64,000 nt of DNA from an uncultured virus (IMG/VR IMGVR_UViG_3300031539_000003) (Duplodnaviria > Heunggongvirae > Uroviricota > Caudoviricetes). Below, piece by piece: positions 51,215-61,864 of this stretch (positions within the stretch are counted from its first letter, which is position 1; every line of letters begins with the position of its first letter). The notes under the pieces are model-generated. The model saw only the letters and a list, made by a program, of their open reading frames with translations. It was not told where the DNA came from and made no database searches. The DNA lies in the IMG/VR virus record IMGVR_UViG_3300031539_000003. One strand, written 5' to 3'. The translations under genes were made by a program, and so were the position numbers.

Positions 51215-54051
51215 GTTATTAAGGTTAGATTAAATACTTTATGCAGAAAGAACTGCTTTCAATCTCTTTTTTAATAATTTAGACGTTTTATTATTAATTT
51301 TATTGTATAGTTCTTTTTCCATATCACTTACAGTTTTTAACTTCGTAGTTCCTATATATTCCAGAACTGAGAACTCTTCCTCACATGATTTTTTTGCCAA
51401 AAATGAAGACCCAGCCACAATCTCAACTTCTCTTTTAAACGGGACTGTCTTACGACTTCCGGGGATTAAAACCGCTTCCCAAAACTCACATAAATACTTC
51501 TCTATTTTATTTACTTTATCACTTGCTTTTCTGCGCTTCTTATGATTAAATCCAAATTTAGCATTTCTCTCATCTAAATGTAAATATTTAAAACACTGAT
51601 TGTGGAATCTGAAAGTTTTAAACCAATTCGACCCGTTAGAAGGCCCATTATAATAAGTATGCTTCCCCTTAACAATTTTCCCACCACACCAATCACACAC
51701 ATAATTATTCCTGCCATTTACAATTTTTGAATAATAAGGATTATCATCTAATCTTATCTTAGCCACTAATTATAATCCTCATATTTATCTACCATCTTAC
51801 CTTTAACTAAAGATTTAAAAACAGCAGACTCAACAATCTTTAAATTAGCCTTCTGTGCTATATCTAAATGAGCCCATCCATCTAGAATCCATAACCCCCT
51901 AATACAAAAAACATTTTCCTTCTTATAATTAAGAACATCAAATTCAAACATCAATGTCTGCTTTTCTTTCCACCTCTTAAAAAATTCCTTTGGCGGTTTT
52001 CCTCCCCCTTTATGAGTATAATCAACAAGTGCATCTGTTTCTTCCAAGGAAGATTTACCTATATACACACTCTGTTTATCATGATCAATGCTAATTGTCT
52101 CTGCCATATCCTTAGCATCTGCCATCATAAAAGCCTTCTGCATAATAGATTTTCCTTCAAATAACTGAGTAGACATCATAACGCTACATATAGGAACTTC
52201 CATTTCCCTTATTTCTTGAGATTCTTTTTCTCCAAAATTTGAAAGTATTGTAAATGCAGTAGTTGACAAAGCAACATAAATATCATCTATCCCATTACCA
52301 ATCATAATCGCCTTAAACCTTTCGCTAACGCTATACTAGCATCGGTTGGTAAACAATCATCTGAATCTAAAAAATCAGGTTCACAACTTATACATTTATG
52401 ATCAAAAAGACTATTGAAATCACTCAACAGTATTTTCCCACCGGATTCTTTTTTCTCAAACTCAGTTGGTGCCAATTCATACCAATTCAAATCTTTATCA
52501 GACATCATATCAGATGTCAAAAAAGTTTTTACAATATGCACACCCCTAAATGACTCTATAACTAACACCCCAAAATGAACGTTTAAATAATGAATATCTT
52601 TATCAATAGCATACTCACTCGTAAACATTATTAACTGATCAAGCAAATCGGCAGCAGTTGGAGCAACACCATAAGTCCTTTTATATGTTTTATAAAAATC
52701 ATTATATCTAGATGGATCTACTCGCTCATCGAATCTTTCAAGAGCATGCGATGTATAAAACAATGCTCTTAAAACACTGCCTTCCCAATGCCCATACAAC
52801 TTCCCCTTAGCCGTAACATATGTACTATCAAGATTAGTTTTAAATCTAAAACCAGTTCTACGAGTCCATTCAAGATTGAAATTTAGCCACTTTCCATATC
52901 TGAGTCTTAACTTTTCAATAATTTTTTTCTGAATCTTCAATACTTTTTTTTGAGACACCTTATCAGGCATTTTATCCTTATATATCTCTTTACACACCCT
53001 TGAAAAAATAGTAGAAATAGTTGCTCTTATGTATTTATCAACGGGCTTTATATCATTAAAATAAGACTGCAATATAGCAAAAGTTACATCATCTGTACAA
53101 TCTTCAATATTAGTAATAAAATTGAATTTAATGGGATCGCCCATAACTAATCATCCGGAATTTCTTTGCCACATTCTCTCAATAACCTATTGTGCCATTC
53201 TTTGGGGTTAGCAATATCATCTACAGTTATAGTAAAGCCATCTATAACTTCCTTACCTTTCATAAAATTAACAGTCAACGTACTATAATCAGTAGCAACA
53301 TTGTCACACTGAATACCTTTTTCGGTAGCATATAGTTTCCCCATAAACCCCAATAGTCCGGCGACCTGAACTACCTTCTTATCTACCCCGTCCGCTTGCG
53401 TCCCCAATAATTCCTTACCCATATAGTATAGCAATTGTTCTGATATTTTTTGCTCCATAAACTCTACCCTATTGATTTAAGTCTTTGTAAAATTGGATCA
53501 TCTTCCTTTTTATTTTTTTTATCTTTATTATTTTCTTCGACCTTAACAACTTTATCTTTACCAACTGACAATCTATCAATTCTATCTTTATATTTATCAA
53601 CAAAACCATAGGCAGTAATAATAAATGAGATATTAAAAAATATCGCTAAAACCAAAGAAATTCCAACAAACCATTTAGATAACAAAATACAAGCAAAAAC
53701 AGTCCCTATCCCTAGCGTTAATCTACACCCCCATAGCATCCTTCTATATGTACTCCTATTTATTATACCAATAAAAGTATCCATTTGTTTCATAAAAAAT
53801 TTATCGTCTGACCTCTCATAATTAGTGTTAACATGACCATAAAATCCAAGTAACAATAATAAAATAAGGATAATTAAACCCACTACATAAACCACTTCAA
53901 TAGTATTAACGTAACATCTTAACTTTCCAGTATATTCATAAAACAATTGCGATACAATAAGACACTGAATAACGGTACTAATAACCCCAATGATATTACC
54001 CAAAATTGCTAAATCTTTTTTCATATTATTTGCCATAGAAATATCCTTCTC

Positions 54052-54068
54052 TATAATATAACATCATC
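54052..54068 (-). promoter_or_regulatory. Class-2 promoter-like motif
   Basis: GATGATGTTATATTATA before RBS AAGGA and ATG 54036. Confidence 0.5.
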
Positions 54069-54371
54069 TTAAAATCTTGAAAGAAAATTCTGTTGTCTAC
54101 GTTTATCAGCAGCAAAATACAAATTAGTTAGAAACTTTATTCCTTTTTCTGTATCTATATCCATTTTCTCTATTGCATCCTTGACACTCATAAAAGAGAT
54201 CATTAATACATCTGAAGATGTCATATTAAAAAAAAGACTCTCCATAAGGACTATCATTATCTGTATAATCTCCTGTTTACTAAGATCACTATCTGCTCCT
54301 ACATATTTAGTCAAATAGAGCATTGCCCCTTCTATCTTTTTATTCTTTTTTCTCTGCATCCGATAATCCTA

Positions 54372-55154
54372 TTATTCACTTCTGTATTTCTTGAACCCTT
54401 TTTCTATTTTTTCATCTTCACTTTCATCCGGCTCTTCTTCAATATCCATTAAAAGATTTATTCTTTCCACACCAACATTCCTATCGGCCTTTAATCTCTT
54501 GGCTATCGTCTGTCTGTTAAGTTCTTCTTCTGCTTCTGTAAATATATTCCTACGGGAAAGATGTTCTGGAGAAAGTGGCTCCCTTCTACCACTCCCACTC
54601 CCAGTTCTACTAAAATCACTTCCAAAATCACTATCCGAATCACTGCTAAAACTATCGCTATCAAAATCACTACTTTCACTTTCACTACTCATACTTTCCA
54701 TTTCTGCTTCTTCAATTGTATCAATAAACTCCTGTTGCTGATCAACCTCCGCCATCAGATCTTCCATTTCTATGCCCAATGACTCATCCACTTCACTTGA
54801 TTCAGCAGGAACAGATACTTCCGAAGATTCAAATAAAACCGGTATTGATTCTGACGATTCTGACGATTCTGACGATTCTGACGATTCTGACGATTCTGAC
54901 GATTCTGACGATTCTGACGATTCAGATGATCTTAAAAAAACTCTCTTCCTAAATTTTATCAAGTTAATCACAATGCAAAATATCAAAGCAAAAAAACACG
55001 AACTCGGAAGATGAGTTGGAATAATATCAAGAACAGACTGAAAATCATAATTCCCTTCAAACACTCCCCTAATGAAACTGGATAAAAAAGTAACCCCTAA
55101 AGCCACCAGGAAAAACTCCCCAATCCAAACCTTAATATTATCTCTCAATGACAT
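54372..55154 (-). CDS. 2-TM membrane protein with a Ser/Glu-rich disordered tail
   Basis: Two N-terminal hydrophobic helices followed by an (SSE)n tract. Confidence 0.65.
   Translation of the reverse strand: MSLRDNIKVWIGEFFLVALGVTFLSSFIRGVFEGNYDFQSVLDIIPTHLPSSCFFALIFCIVINLIKFRKRVFLRSSESSESSESSESSESSESSESSESSESIPVLFESSEVSVPAESSEVDESLGIEMEDLMAEVDQQQEFIDTIEEAEMESMSSESESSDFDSDSFSSDSDSDFGSDFSRTGSGSGRREPLSPEHLSRRNIFTEAEEELNRQTIAKRLKADRNVGVERINLLMDIEEEPDESEDEKIEKGFKKYRSE
54847..54927. repeat. 9-bp tandem repeat (GATTCTGAC)x8 plus one imperfect copy, encoding (SSE)n
   Basis: Read directly from the sequence. Confidence 0.95.
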
Positions 55155-55860
55155 TATTTATTCCCACCATAACGACTTCGCAACTTTTCAATTTCACCCT
55201 TCGGTTTTTTCTTCTTCTTTTTAACAGGAACTTCCTGTTGTACCGGAACTTTCTTCCTGTACAATACCCTTCTTCTCCAATTTTTCCATTCTTCAGATCC
55301 CCAATATATTAAAACCCATGCCAAAATCATAGACCCAAAAGATTGTAAATATATCCATTGCAAAAATCTATCTCCAAAAGATGAAATAGTTCCATCTGCA
55401 ATAGACCAAATAATATGTACAACAAAAGTACAAACAAAAACACCAATATAATAAGAAAGAAACTTTTTAAACGATTGGTGTATTGTCATCTTCTTTTTCC
55501 CATTCTTCGAGTCTTTTGTCCACTTCTCCCTTTATTCTCTCCTCAAGATCAGATAAAACATCTGATACATCATTGAACTTTTCAATAACTAAATCCTTTG
55601 CCTGTTCAACAATCATACACTTCACATTTTCCTGCCATCGTTCAATGAATTTCTCAAGCGGCACTTCAATCCCGTCAATAGTAAGATTAACATCTATCAA
55701 TTTATTCTTTGACTTATTCCTTTTTCCTGTATATTCATGGAACTCCTTTTCACTCAAAGCATTTGTTAAACCATCTATTATAAGCATTTCCAATAAATGG
55801 TTATCCCTATGAATCTTTTGAAAATCTACCTTCATATATTCCTCCTTAATATTATATCTA

Positions 55861-55888
55861 AATATAACAAAAATGGAAATATAGTCAA
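55861..55888 (-). promoter_or_regulatory. Sigma70-type promoter (class 1)
   Basis: TTGACT-16-TATATT with TTTGTTATATT. Confidence 0.75.
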
Positions 55889-55920
55889 GTTTTTTGGTCA
55901 AAAATAAAACTAATATAATC

Positions 55921-55941
55921 GATGAACTTATAATATATAAT
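55921..55941 (+). promoter_or_regulatory. Class-2 promoter-like motif
   Basis: GATGAACTTATAATATATAAT before RBS AAGGA and ATG 55957. Confidence 0.5.
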
Positions 55942-55956
55942 CAGAAAGGATATACT

Positions 55957-56235
55957 ATGAAAAAGTACTATTGTTCATTTTGGGGAGATAATGCCGGGGA
56001 AAGTGCAATATTTCACGAAATTATTGAAGCCGAAGACATAAAAGAAGCCATAAATAAACTTATTGAAATGTGGGGCCAAGGATTCTATTCTGGGGATACT
56101 GAAAGTATTAATGAATGTATAAGAGTACCAGAATTCCTACAAAAACAGGAAAACGATGACATTCTTATACATTATGATAAACTATATCAATATGAAACTA
56201 AAATACAGAAGAAGATGAAAATACCAACTTTATAA
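55957..56235 (+). CDS. Hypothetical protein (lone plus-strand gene)
   Basis: Has an RBS and an upstream motif, and occupies a gap between minus-strand genes. Confidence 0.65.
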   Translation: MKKYYCSFWGDNAGESAIFHEIIEAEDIKEAINKLIEMWGQGFYSGDTESINECIRVPEFLQKQENDDILIHYDKLYQYETKIQKKMKIPTL

Positions 56236-56625
56236 ATCTTCATAATAGATGAATGAGAATTTATCCCTCCATCTGATACAGACAAACTTATAACAACCCA
56301 TATTTTCATTTTTGCCCTTGAAAAGAACCATCTTATTTCTCCAATAATAAGTAACCCCATCATGCCTAATCACAATAACATCATCTTCATACCTTTTTAA
56401 TTCAGCATGCCTAAGATCAATAATTGGATCATTAATATCACAAGGTAAAAACTGAAAATATAAATTTTTTAAATTGATTCTCGTAACTTCAAGAGAATCA
56501 CCAATTCCAGCATAAGAAGCCAGAAAAAACATTAAAATAAACATTAACGTCTTCATGCTTCCCCCCATCATAGTTGTAACAGAGCTATATCTTGTGGGAA
56601 ATATTAAATCAGATATGTCGTTTAT

Positions 56626-56994
56626 CTAAAAACGAGAAAAAGAGAATATATAGACTAAGGTAATGGCTACCACTCCTAAAAAATCGGCGAGAATATCTTC
56701 CCAGTCAAAAAGTTGTTTCTTCTTATTTAGTTTATCAATTACTTCTTTTCCAAAACCAATAAGCATGGCTACCGCAGGACATACCCACCAAAAATCGTCT
56801 AATATTTTAATGAGGGCAAAAAGATGGAATAATACAAAGACAATCCCTAACGAAATAATAGTATGCAAAAATTTGTCTATTTTTTTAAGATAAAGCATCC
56901 TAAAAGGATATATTGCATAAGCACACGTAATAACAAAACTTATCATATGATTAACGTAAAGAACGTGCCCACTATCTTGCTGAAACTCAAGCAT
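56626..56994 (-). CDS. VanZ/YfiM-like small membrane protein
   Basis: DKFLH...GFGKEVID...FDWEDILADFLG with 4 hydrophobic segments. Confidence 0.55.
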   Translation of the reverse strand: MLEFQQDSGHVLYVNHMISFVITCAYAIYPFRMLYLKKIDKFLHTIISLGIVFVLFHLFALIKILDDFWWVCPAVAMLIGFGKEVIDKLNKKKQLFDWEDILADFLGVVAITLVYIFSFSRF

Positions 56995-57317
56995 CTTATT
57001 AACCTATCTTGGCAGTTGGAGACCTTGGAGTACGAACCTTTCTATAATCTCTACTATTCAGATTCAACGGTTTACCCCTTGATCCACTTTTCGCTTTTCG
57101 ATGTGTAGTTATCTTCTTCGGTGTCTTAATTATTTTTGACGGCAAACCCTTATCATTATTTATAACTACAACTCGCTCTCTACCATCACCATCAACTACT
57201 GTTTTTGTTATCTGAGCCACATCTTCCTCCTGAACTTATCATTATTTTAAATAAAGTTAGTGAGCGCACCTTTCAGCACCTCACCATTCGGCTGTAAGCC
57301 CAGCCGATTACTACAAC

Positions 57318-58077
57318 TTATTTTGGTGTCCTGACTGAACATGATTTACGTCCACCGCCACCATTATCTTTATCTTTCTTTTTAGGCGATCTAACCATTT
57401 TCTTCTTTTTTCTCTTTTTATCTTCGCCAGGTTCATGATGACTATTTAGTTCTGGCGCATCATCCCCACTAACTACCATTTTAATAACTTCAATAGCTAA
57501 ACATTTACCATTAAAATCATCATCACATTCCGCCAAAGCAGCTATCCAACTAATATCCTTACCCTTTAGCCACTTTTTGGCAGATGCCATTGTCCAGCCT
57601 TCTTTCGTATCAAAAATATAAGCCTGAACAACTGTCTCATCTGTTGTCTTTAAGGTAGCAAGTCTTACCGATACTCCCTTTGTATTAGTTGGCCTGGTAA
57701 ACCAACCATCCTTCTTCATAGACTTCGATGGTCTAATCGGAAATATTATTTTACCTGTCGATGTTTCTTCTGGCATAAACTGTTCCTTATTATGCTATGG
57801 CTTTTTTTATTTCACCACGTCTAATGTTTGGTAAATCCAGATCTTCTTTAACCATACTCAATCCTCCAGCCCCACTACGAGCAAGGTGCTTTTCGGCAGA
57901 TTCCTCAGTCCAACCTTCTTCAGGGTCAAAGATAAAAGCAAAAATGGCTCTTTCTCCACCATCTTTAAGTTTCCCTATTTTTAAAAAAAACCCTCTTTGA
58001 CCACCAAAACGAATAAATTGTCTTTTATCCTCAACTAAATCATCAGAAAGCCTTGAAAAAACGAAATGTTTAGCCAT
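57318..58077 (-). CDS. Pair of paralogous proteins (57318-57776 and 57790-58077)
   Basis: AYIFDTKEGWTMASAKKWL versus AFIFDPEEGWTEESAEKHL. Confidence 0.65.
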
Positions 58078-58119
58078 AAATATCCCCTCGTTACTCCGGT
58101 TTATTTTATACTATTATCG

Positions 58120-58464
58120 TTAATCCCAACCAACCTCTTTCTTAGCTGTCGCAAGTTTTAATCCAGCCTGTCTACGAAGCTCTACAACAGTAATACTATC
58201 AGTCAAAGGTTTAATCTGATTAACTCTCGCCAATGCATTTTGAAGATGCGATTTATCTATCTTCCCAGTTTGGTCCCTAAAAGGCAAATGGCGAGCCCTT
58301 TTATCAAGTGTTTCGCCCTTCAAATAAGCAGGCTCAATAACAGCAAAAGAACTATTAGGTAAACTATTCCTAAATTTAATAGTCCACTTCTTAAACTTTT
58401 CCCTCACAGTATCAAGAGACGGGCTATTTTCAAGAGCATCCACCAAAATATCATGTAATTTCAT
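58120..58464 (-). CDS. DUF6582-like protein (possible head-associated protein)
   Basis: RNSLPNSSFA...RHLP...D..HLQNALARVNQ. Confidence 0.5.
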   Translation of the reverse strand: MKLHDILVDALENSPSLDTVREKFKKWTIKFRNSLPNSSFAVIEPAYLKGETLDKRARHLPFRDQTGKIDKSHLQNALARVNQIKPLTDSITVVELRRQAGLKLATAKKEVGWD

Positions 58465-58495
58465 CGTTTACCTCTATATCTAATGATATTAATTA

Positions 58496-58533
58496 TCATT
58501 TTTATACTTTATTTTTTTACTGTTTTATATCGA
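58496..58533 (-). promoter_or_regulatory. Class-3 upstream motif, copy 1
   Basis: TCGATAT-N4-CAGT-A7-TAAAGTATAAAAATGA; near-identical to 60857-60893. Confidence 0.6.
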
Positions 58534-58550
58534 TGTTTTTTAAAAATATA

Positions 58551-58883
58551 TTAAAACGAATACTGTACCTTCTCATTTACATCAATATATTCTAATACTC
58601 TTCCACTAGTAGATTGTAACCACCCCAATATTATAATAGAATCCTTACCCCTTTTTGTATGAATTCCCCTCGTTGCTTCAGGAATAAAAACTTTCGTATG
58701 ATGCGTAGGGCATAAATAAGCCCTATTATACCTAGCATTAGAGCCTCCCAACTCCTTCGGCTTTATATGGTGCCAATTGATTTGAGATTTCTCATCAGTT
58801 GTATAATCACAACCGGGGAATTCACAATGATAGGTTCTTTTTTTCATTCTATTCTTAATTAAAAAAGACTGAATACAAACCAT
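58551..58883 (-). CDS. HNH endonuclease
   Basis: C..PGC...HHIKPKELGGSN...N...LCPTHH. Confidence 0.75.
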   Translation of the reverse strand: MVCIQSFLIKNRMKKRTYHCEFPGCDYTTDEKSQINWHHIKPKELGGSNARYNRAYLCPTHHTKVFIPEATRGIHTKRGKDSIIILGWLQSTSGRVLEYIDVNEKVQYSF

Positions 58884-58926
58884 CCAGCCCTATAAAGATA
58901 TTGAACTATCAGATGAAACAGAATTA

Positions 58927-60783
58927 CTATGGTACATATATTTCAACATTTACATCTTCATCAAAACCAACATCGCCTCTACGTAATGTAAAAACATCAC
59001 CATTATGATCAGCTATAATTATCATTCTCTTTTCCCAAGTCCCTGTATTGGTATACTCATTAAGTGTAAATAATCCGCGCCATTGACCATTCCTATTTTT
59101 ATGACTTATCACCTTCTTTTGGCCACTGCTATGCTTATAAACAACAGCCATAGAATCCCATTTATCTTCACTATTAAAATTAGGATCAGCAACTATACTT
59201 GGTACCTGTAAAATTTCTGACGCAACAACTATTGATAATCTATCAATGCCATCATTCTCAAAAGTATCACCACCAACAATACCAGATAAACCAAGCACCT
59301 GAACATCAAACGATGAAGATGAATCTGAACTCTCTGACGAACCACTTGACAATGAAGATGATGATGAGTCACTGCTCAATGAATCTGAACTAGACGAATC
59401 ACTAGACAATGATGAATTACTTGAATCTGACGACCCAGAACTCTTCGATGATTCTGAACTTATTGAATCAGATGAAGATGATTCACTTGACCCAGAACTC
59501 TTCGATGATTCTGAACTTATTGAATCAGACGAAGATGATTCACTTGACCCTGAACTCTTCGATGACTCTGACGATATTGAGTCTGACGAAGATGATTCAC
59601 TTGATACAGAACTATTTGATGATTCACTTAAATCTGACGACCCTGAACTCTTCGATGACTCTGACGATATTGAGTCTGACGAAGATGATTCGGAAGATTC
59701 AGAACTGAAAGATGAAAAAGAACTATCGGAAGATTCAGATGATTTGCTCTCAGACGATGATTCACTTGATTCTGACGATATAGAACTGACAGATGATAAA
59801 GAGCTTTCTGACGATATTGAGTCTGATGATGACGATTCGGAAGATTTGCTCTCAGACGATGATTCACTTGACTCTGACGATATAGAACTGACAGATGATA
59901 AAGAGCTTTCTGACGATATTGAGTCTGATGAAGATGATTCACTTGATGCAGAACTAGTTGATGATTCACTTAAATCTGACGACCCTGAACTCTTCGATGA
60001 ATCAGACGATATTGAATCAGACGATGACGATTCGGAAGATTTGCTCTCAGACGATGATTCACTTGACTCTGACGATATAGAACTGACAGATGATAAAGAG
60101 CTTTCTGACGATATTGAGTCTGACGAAGATGATTCACTTGATGTAGAGCTATTCGACGATTCACTTAAATCTGACGACCCTGAACTCTTCGATGACTCTG
60201 ACGATATTGAATCTGACGAAGACGATTCCGAAGATTTACTCTCCGAAGATGATTCACTTGACTCTGACGATTCTGAACTTACAGATGATAAAGAGCTTTC
60301 TGACGATATTGAGTCTGACGAAGATGATTCACTTGATGTAGAGCTATTCGACGATTCACTTAAATCTGACGACCCTGAACTCTTCGATGACTCTGACGAT
60401 ATTGAATCTGACGAAGATGATTCGGAAGATTCAGAACTGAAAGATGAAAAAGAACTATCGGAAGATTCAGATGATTTACTTTCAGAAGATGATTCGCTTG
60501 ATCCTGACGATCCTGAACTTTTGGATGACTCAGACGATATCGAGTCAGATGATAACGATTCACTCGACCCTGACGACCCTGAACTTTTTGATGATTCAGA
60601 TGATTTGCTTTCCGAAGATGACTCACTAGATTCAGAGCTTATAGAAGAAAAAGAGCTTTCAGATGACACTGAATTAGAAGAAGATTCGCTCGACTCTGAA
60701 CTGATCGATGATAAAGAACTTAAAGATGACAGGGAGCTTTCGGACGATTCGGAACTTAATGAGCTTATTGAACTACTGGACAT
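58927..60783 (-). CDS. Serine-rich repeat protein with an approximately 125-aa C-terminal globular domain
   Basis: About 490 aa of SSES/SDSISSESSKSSGS repeats; RBS GAGGA; no signal peptide. Confidence 0.75.
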   Translation of the reverse strand: MSSSSISSLSSESSESSLSSLSSLSSISSESSESSSNSVSSESSFSSISSESSESSSESKSSESSKSSGSSGSSESLSSDSISSESSKSSGSSGSSESSSESKSSESSDSSFSSFSSESSESSSSDSISSESSKSSGSSDLSESSNSSTSSESSSSDSISSESSLSSVSSESSESSESSSESKSSESSSSDSISSESSKSSGSSDLSESSNSSTSSESSSSDSISSESSLSSVSSISSESSESSSESKSSESSSSDSISSDSSKSSGSSDLSESSTSSASSESSSSDSISSESSLSSVSSISSESSESSSESKSSESSSSDSISSESSLSSVSSISSESSESSSESKSSESSDSSFSSFSSESSESSSSDSISSESSKSSGSSDLSESSNSSVSSESSSSDSISSESSKSSGSSESSSSDSISSESSKSSGSSESSSSDSISSESSKSSGSSDSSNSSLSSDSSSSDSLSSDSSSSSLSSGSSESSDSSSSFDVQVLGLSGIVGGDTFENDGIDRLSIVVASEILQVPSIVADPNFNSEDKWDSMAVVYKHSSGQKKVISHKNRNGQWRGLFTLNEYTNTGTWEKRMIIIADHNGDVFTLRRGDVGFDEDVNVEIYVP

Positions 60784-60856
60784 TACATTTCCTCAAAATC
60801 ATAATCGTTTAATAATGTACCTGTCCAATACGATACACCGGGAGGACGGCAGAATC

Positions 60857-60893
60857 TCATTTCTATACTTTATTTTTTGCCGAAAAATATCGA
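60857..60893 (-). promoter_or_regulatory. Class-3 upstream motif, copy 2
   Basis: TCGATAT-N4-CGGC-A6-TAAAGTATAGAAATGA. Confidence 0.6.
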
Positions 60894-60930
60894 ATTTTTT
60901 ATGAGTAGAGATAAAATATTTAGGGTGCTT

Positions 60931-61677
60931 TTACTTTTTATCACCCTTCGAGGGACTGAAAATACGGAATATTCCCATTATTAAGTCTAACACCACTCCA
61001 AACAACGAACCACCCTTTTTAGTAGATGACTCATCCTGAACTTTCTTATCATCTACAATAACATCTTTTACTTCCTTTAATGGTTCTTCTTTCGGCTCTT
61101 CTACTGGCGTTACTGTTAATTCGGGCGCGGTAATTATGGTTTTTTGAGGTTTTATCTTTTTATCTAATTCTTTCCAAACGGTATCAAGCCCATCATTCAT
61201 TAAAATTTTATAAAGATCATTAATTTTAAAGCCGTAATCATTTTGAAAATGTGGAAATTCTCTAAATGTTTCCCACCTTCCAGCCCACTGTAACCCACAA
61301 CTTTCACCTAATTCACCTAATTTCATCCAAGGTAACGGTTGCTTCCCAGGCTTCGTAGCATCGGCATCATCCCATGTCCACTGTATACCCTGCTTCTGAG
61401 GGTTACCATCAAAAACATAGTCAGAAGCTATCCCGTAGGCATGAAAAGACCTACCTGGTTTTGCCTTAGTAACTATTTTGCTACTATTAACAACTACCCA
61501 TACCCCATCTCTTTTTTCTCTCCCCTGACCATATAACTCTTCCTGTCTTTCAAAAGACCTATATGATTCAAAAAGATAAGCATGCAATTCACTTTCTTCT
61601 ATTTTCCTATTAAAATCCTGTATCTGTTCAGCAAATGGAGGATATAAAGATTCAATATCACTTACTCTCTTACCCAT
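60931..61677 (-). CDS. M15 family (L-Ala-D-Glu) peptidase, probable endolysin
   Basis: YRSFERQEELYGQGR, VTKAKPGRSFHAYGIASD (SxHxxGxAxD), WAGRW..FREFPHFQ; likely start 61677 with RBS GGAGG. Confidence 0.88.
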   Translation of the reverse strand: MGKRVSDIESLYPPFAEQIQDFNRKIEESELHAYLFESYRSFERQEELYGQGREKRDGVWVVVNSSKIVTKAKPGRSFHAYGIASDYVFDGNPQKQGIQWTWDDADATKPGKQPLPWMKLGELGESCGLQWAGRWETFREFPHFQNDYGFKINDLYKILMNDGLDTVWKELDKKIKPQKTIITAPELTVTPVEEPKEEPLKEVKDVIVDDKKVQDESSTKKGGSLFGVVLDLIMGIFRIFSPSKGDKK

Positions 61678-61864
61678 CAGTACTACCTCCCTTTTTTGAA
61701 TTATCTTCCCATTTTTTGCGAAAACTAGCACTACATTCCCAAATCCATTGGAAAATTGGATCATCACCCAATTCTCTACCTAACTTCTTTTCCATCTTTT
61801 CTTTAAATTTCAAAGCTTCTTTTCTCTGGGCTTCCATAAACCGTTTAAATTCAGCCTGATCCAT
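61670..61864 (-). CDS. Small helical protein, DUF4032-like
   Basis: AQRKEALKFK....KKLGRELG.....QWI....ASFRKKW pattern. Confidence 0.4.
   Translation of the reverse strand: MDQAEFKRFMEAQRKEALKFKEKMEKKLGRELGDDPIFQWIWECSASFRKKWEDNSKKGGSTDG

Noticed and set aside
59744..60904. 386-aa Asp/Glu-rich plus-strand ORF
   Set aside because: Antisense shadow of the Ser-repeat gene; the minus frame has the RBS, the upstream motif and a globular C-terminal domain.
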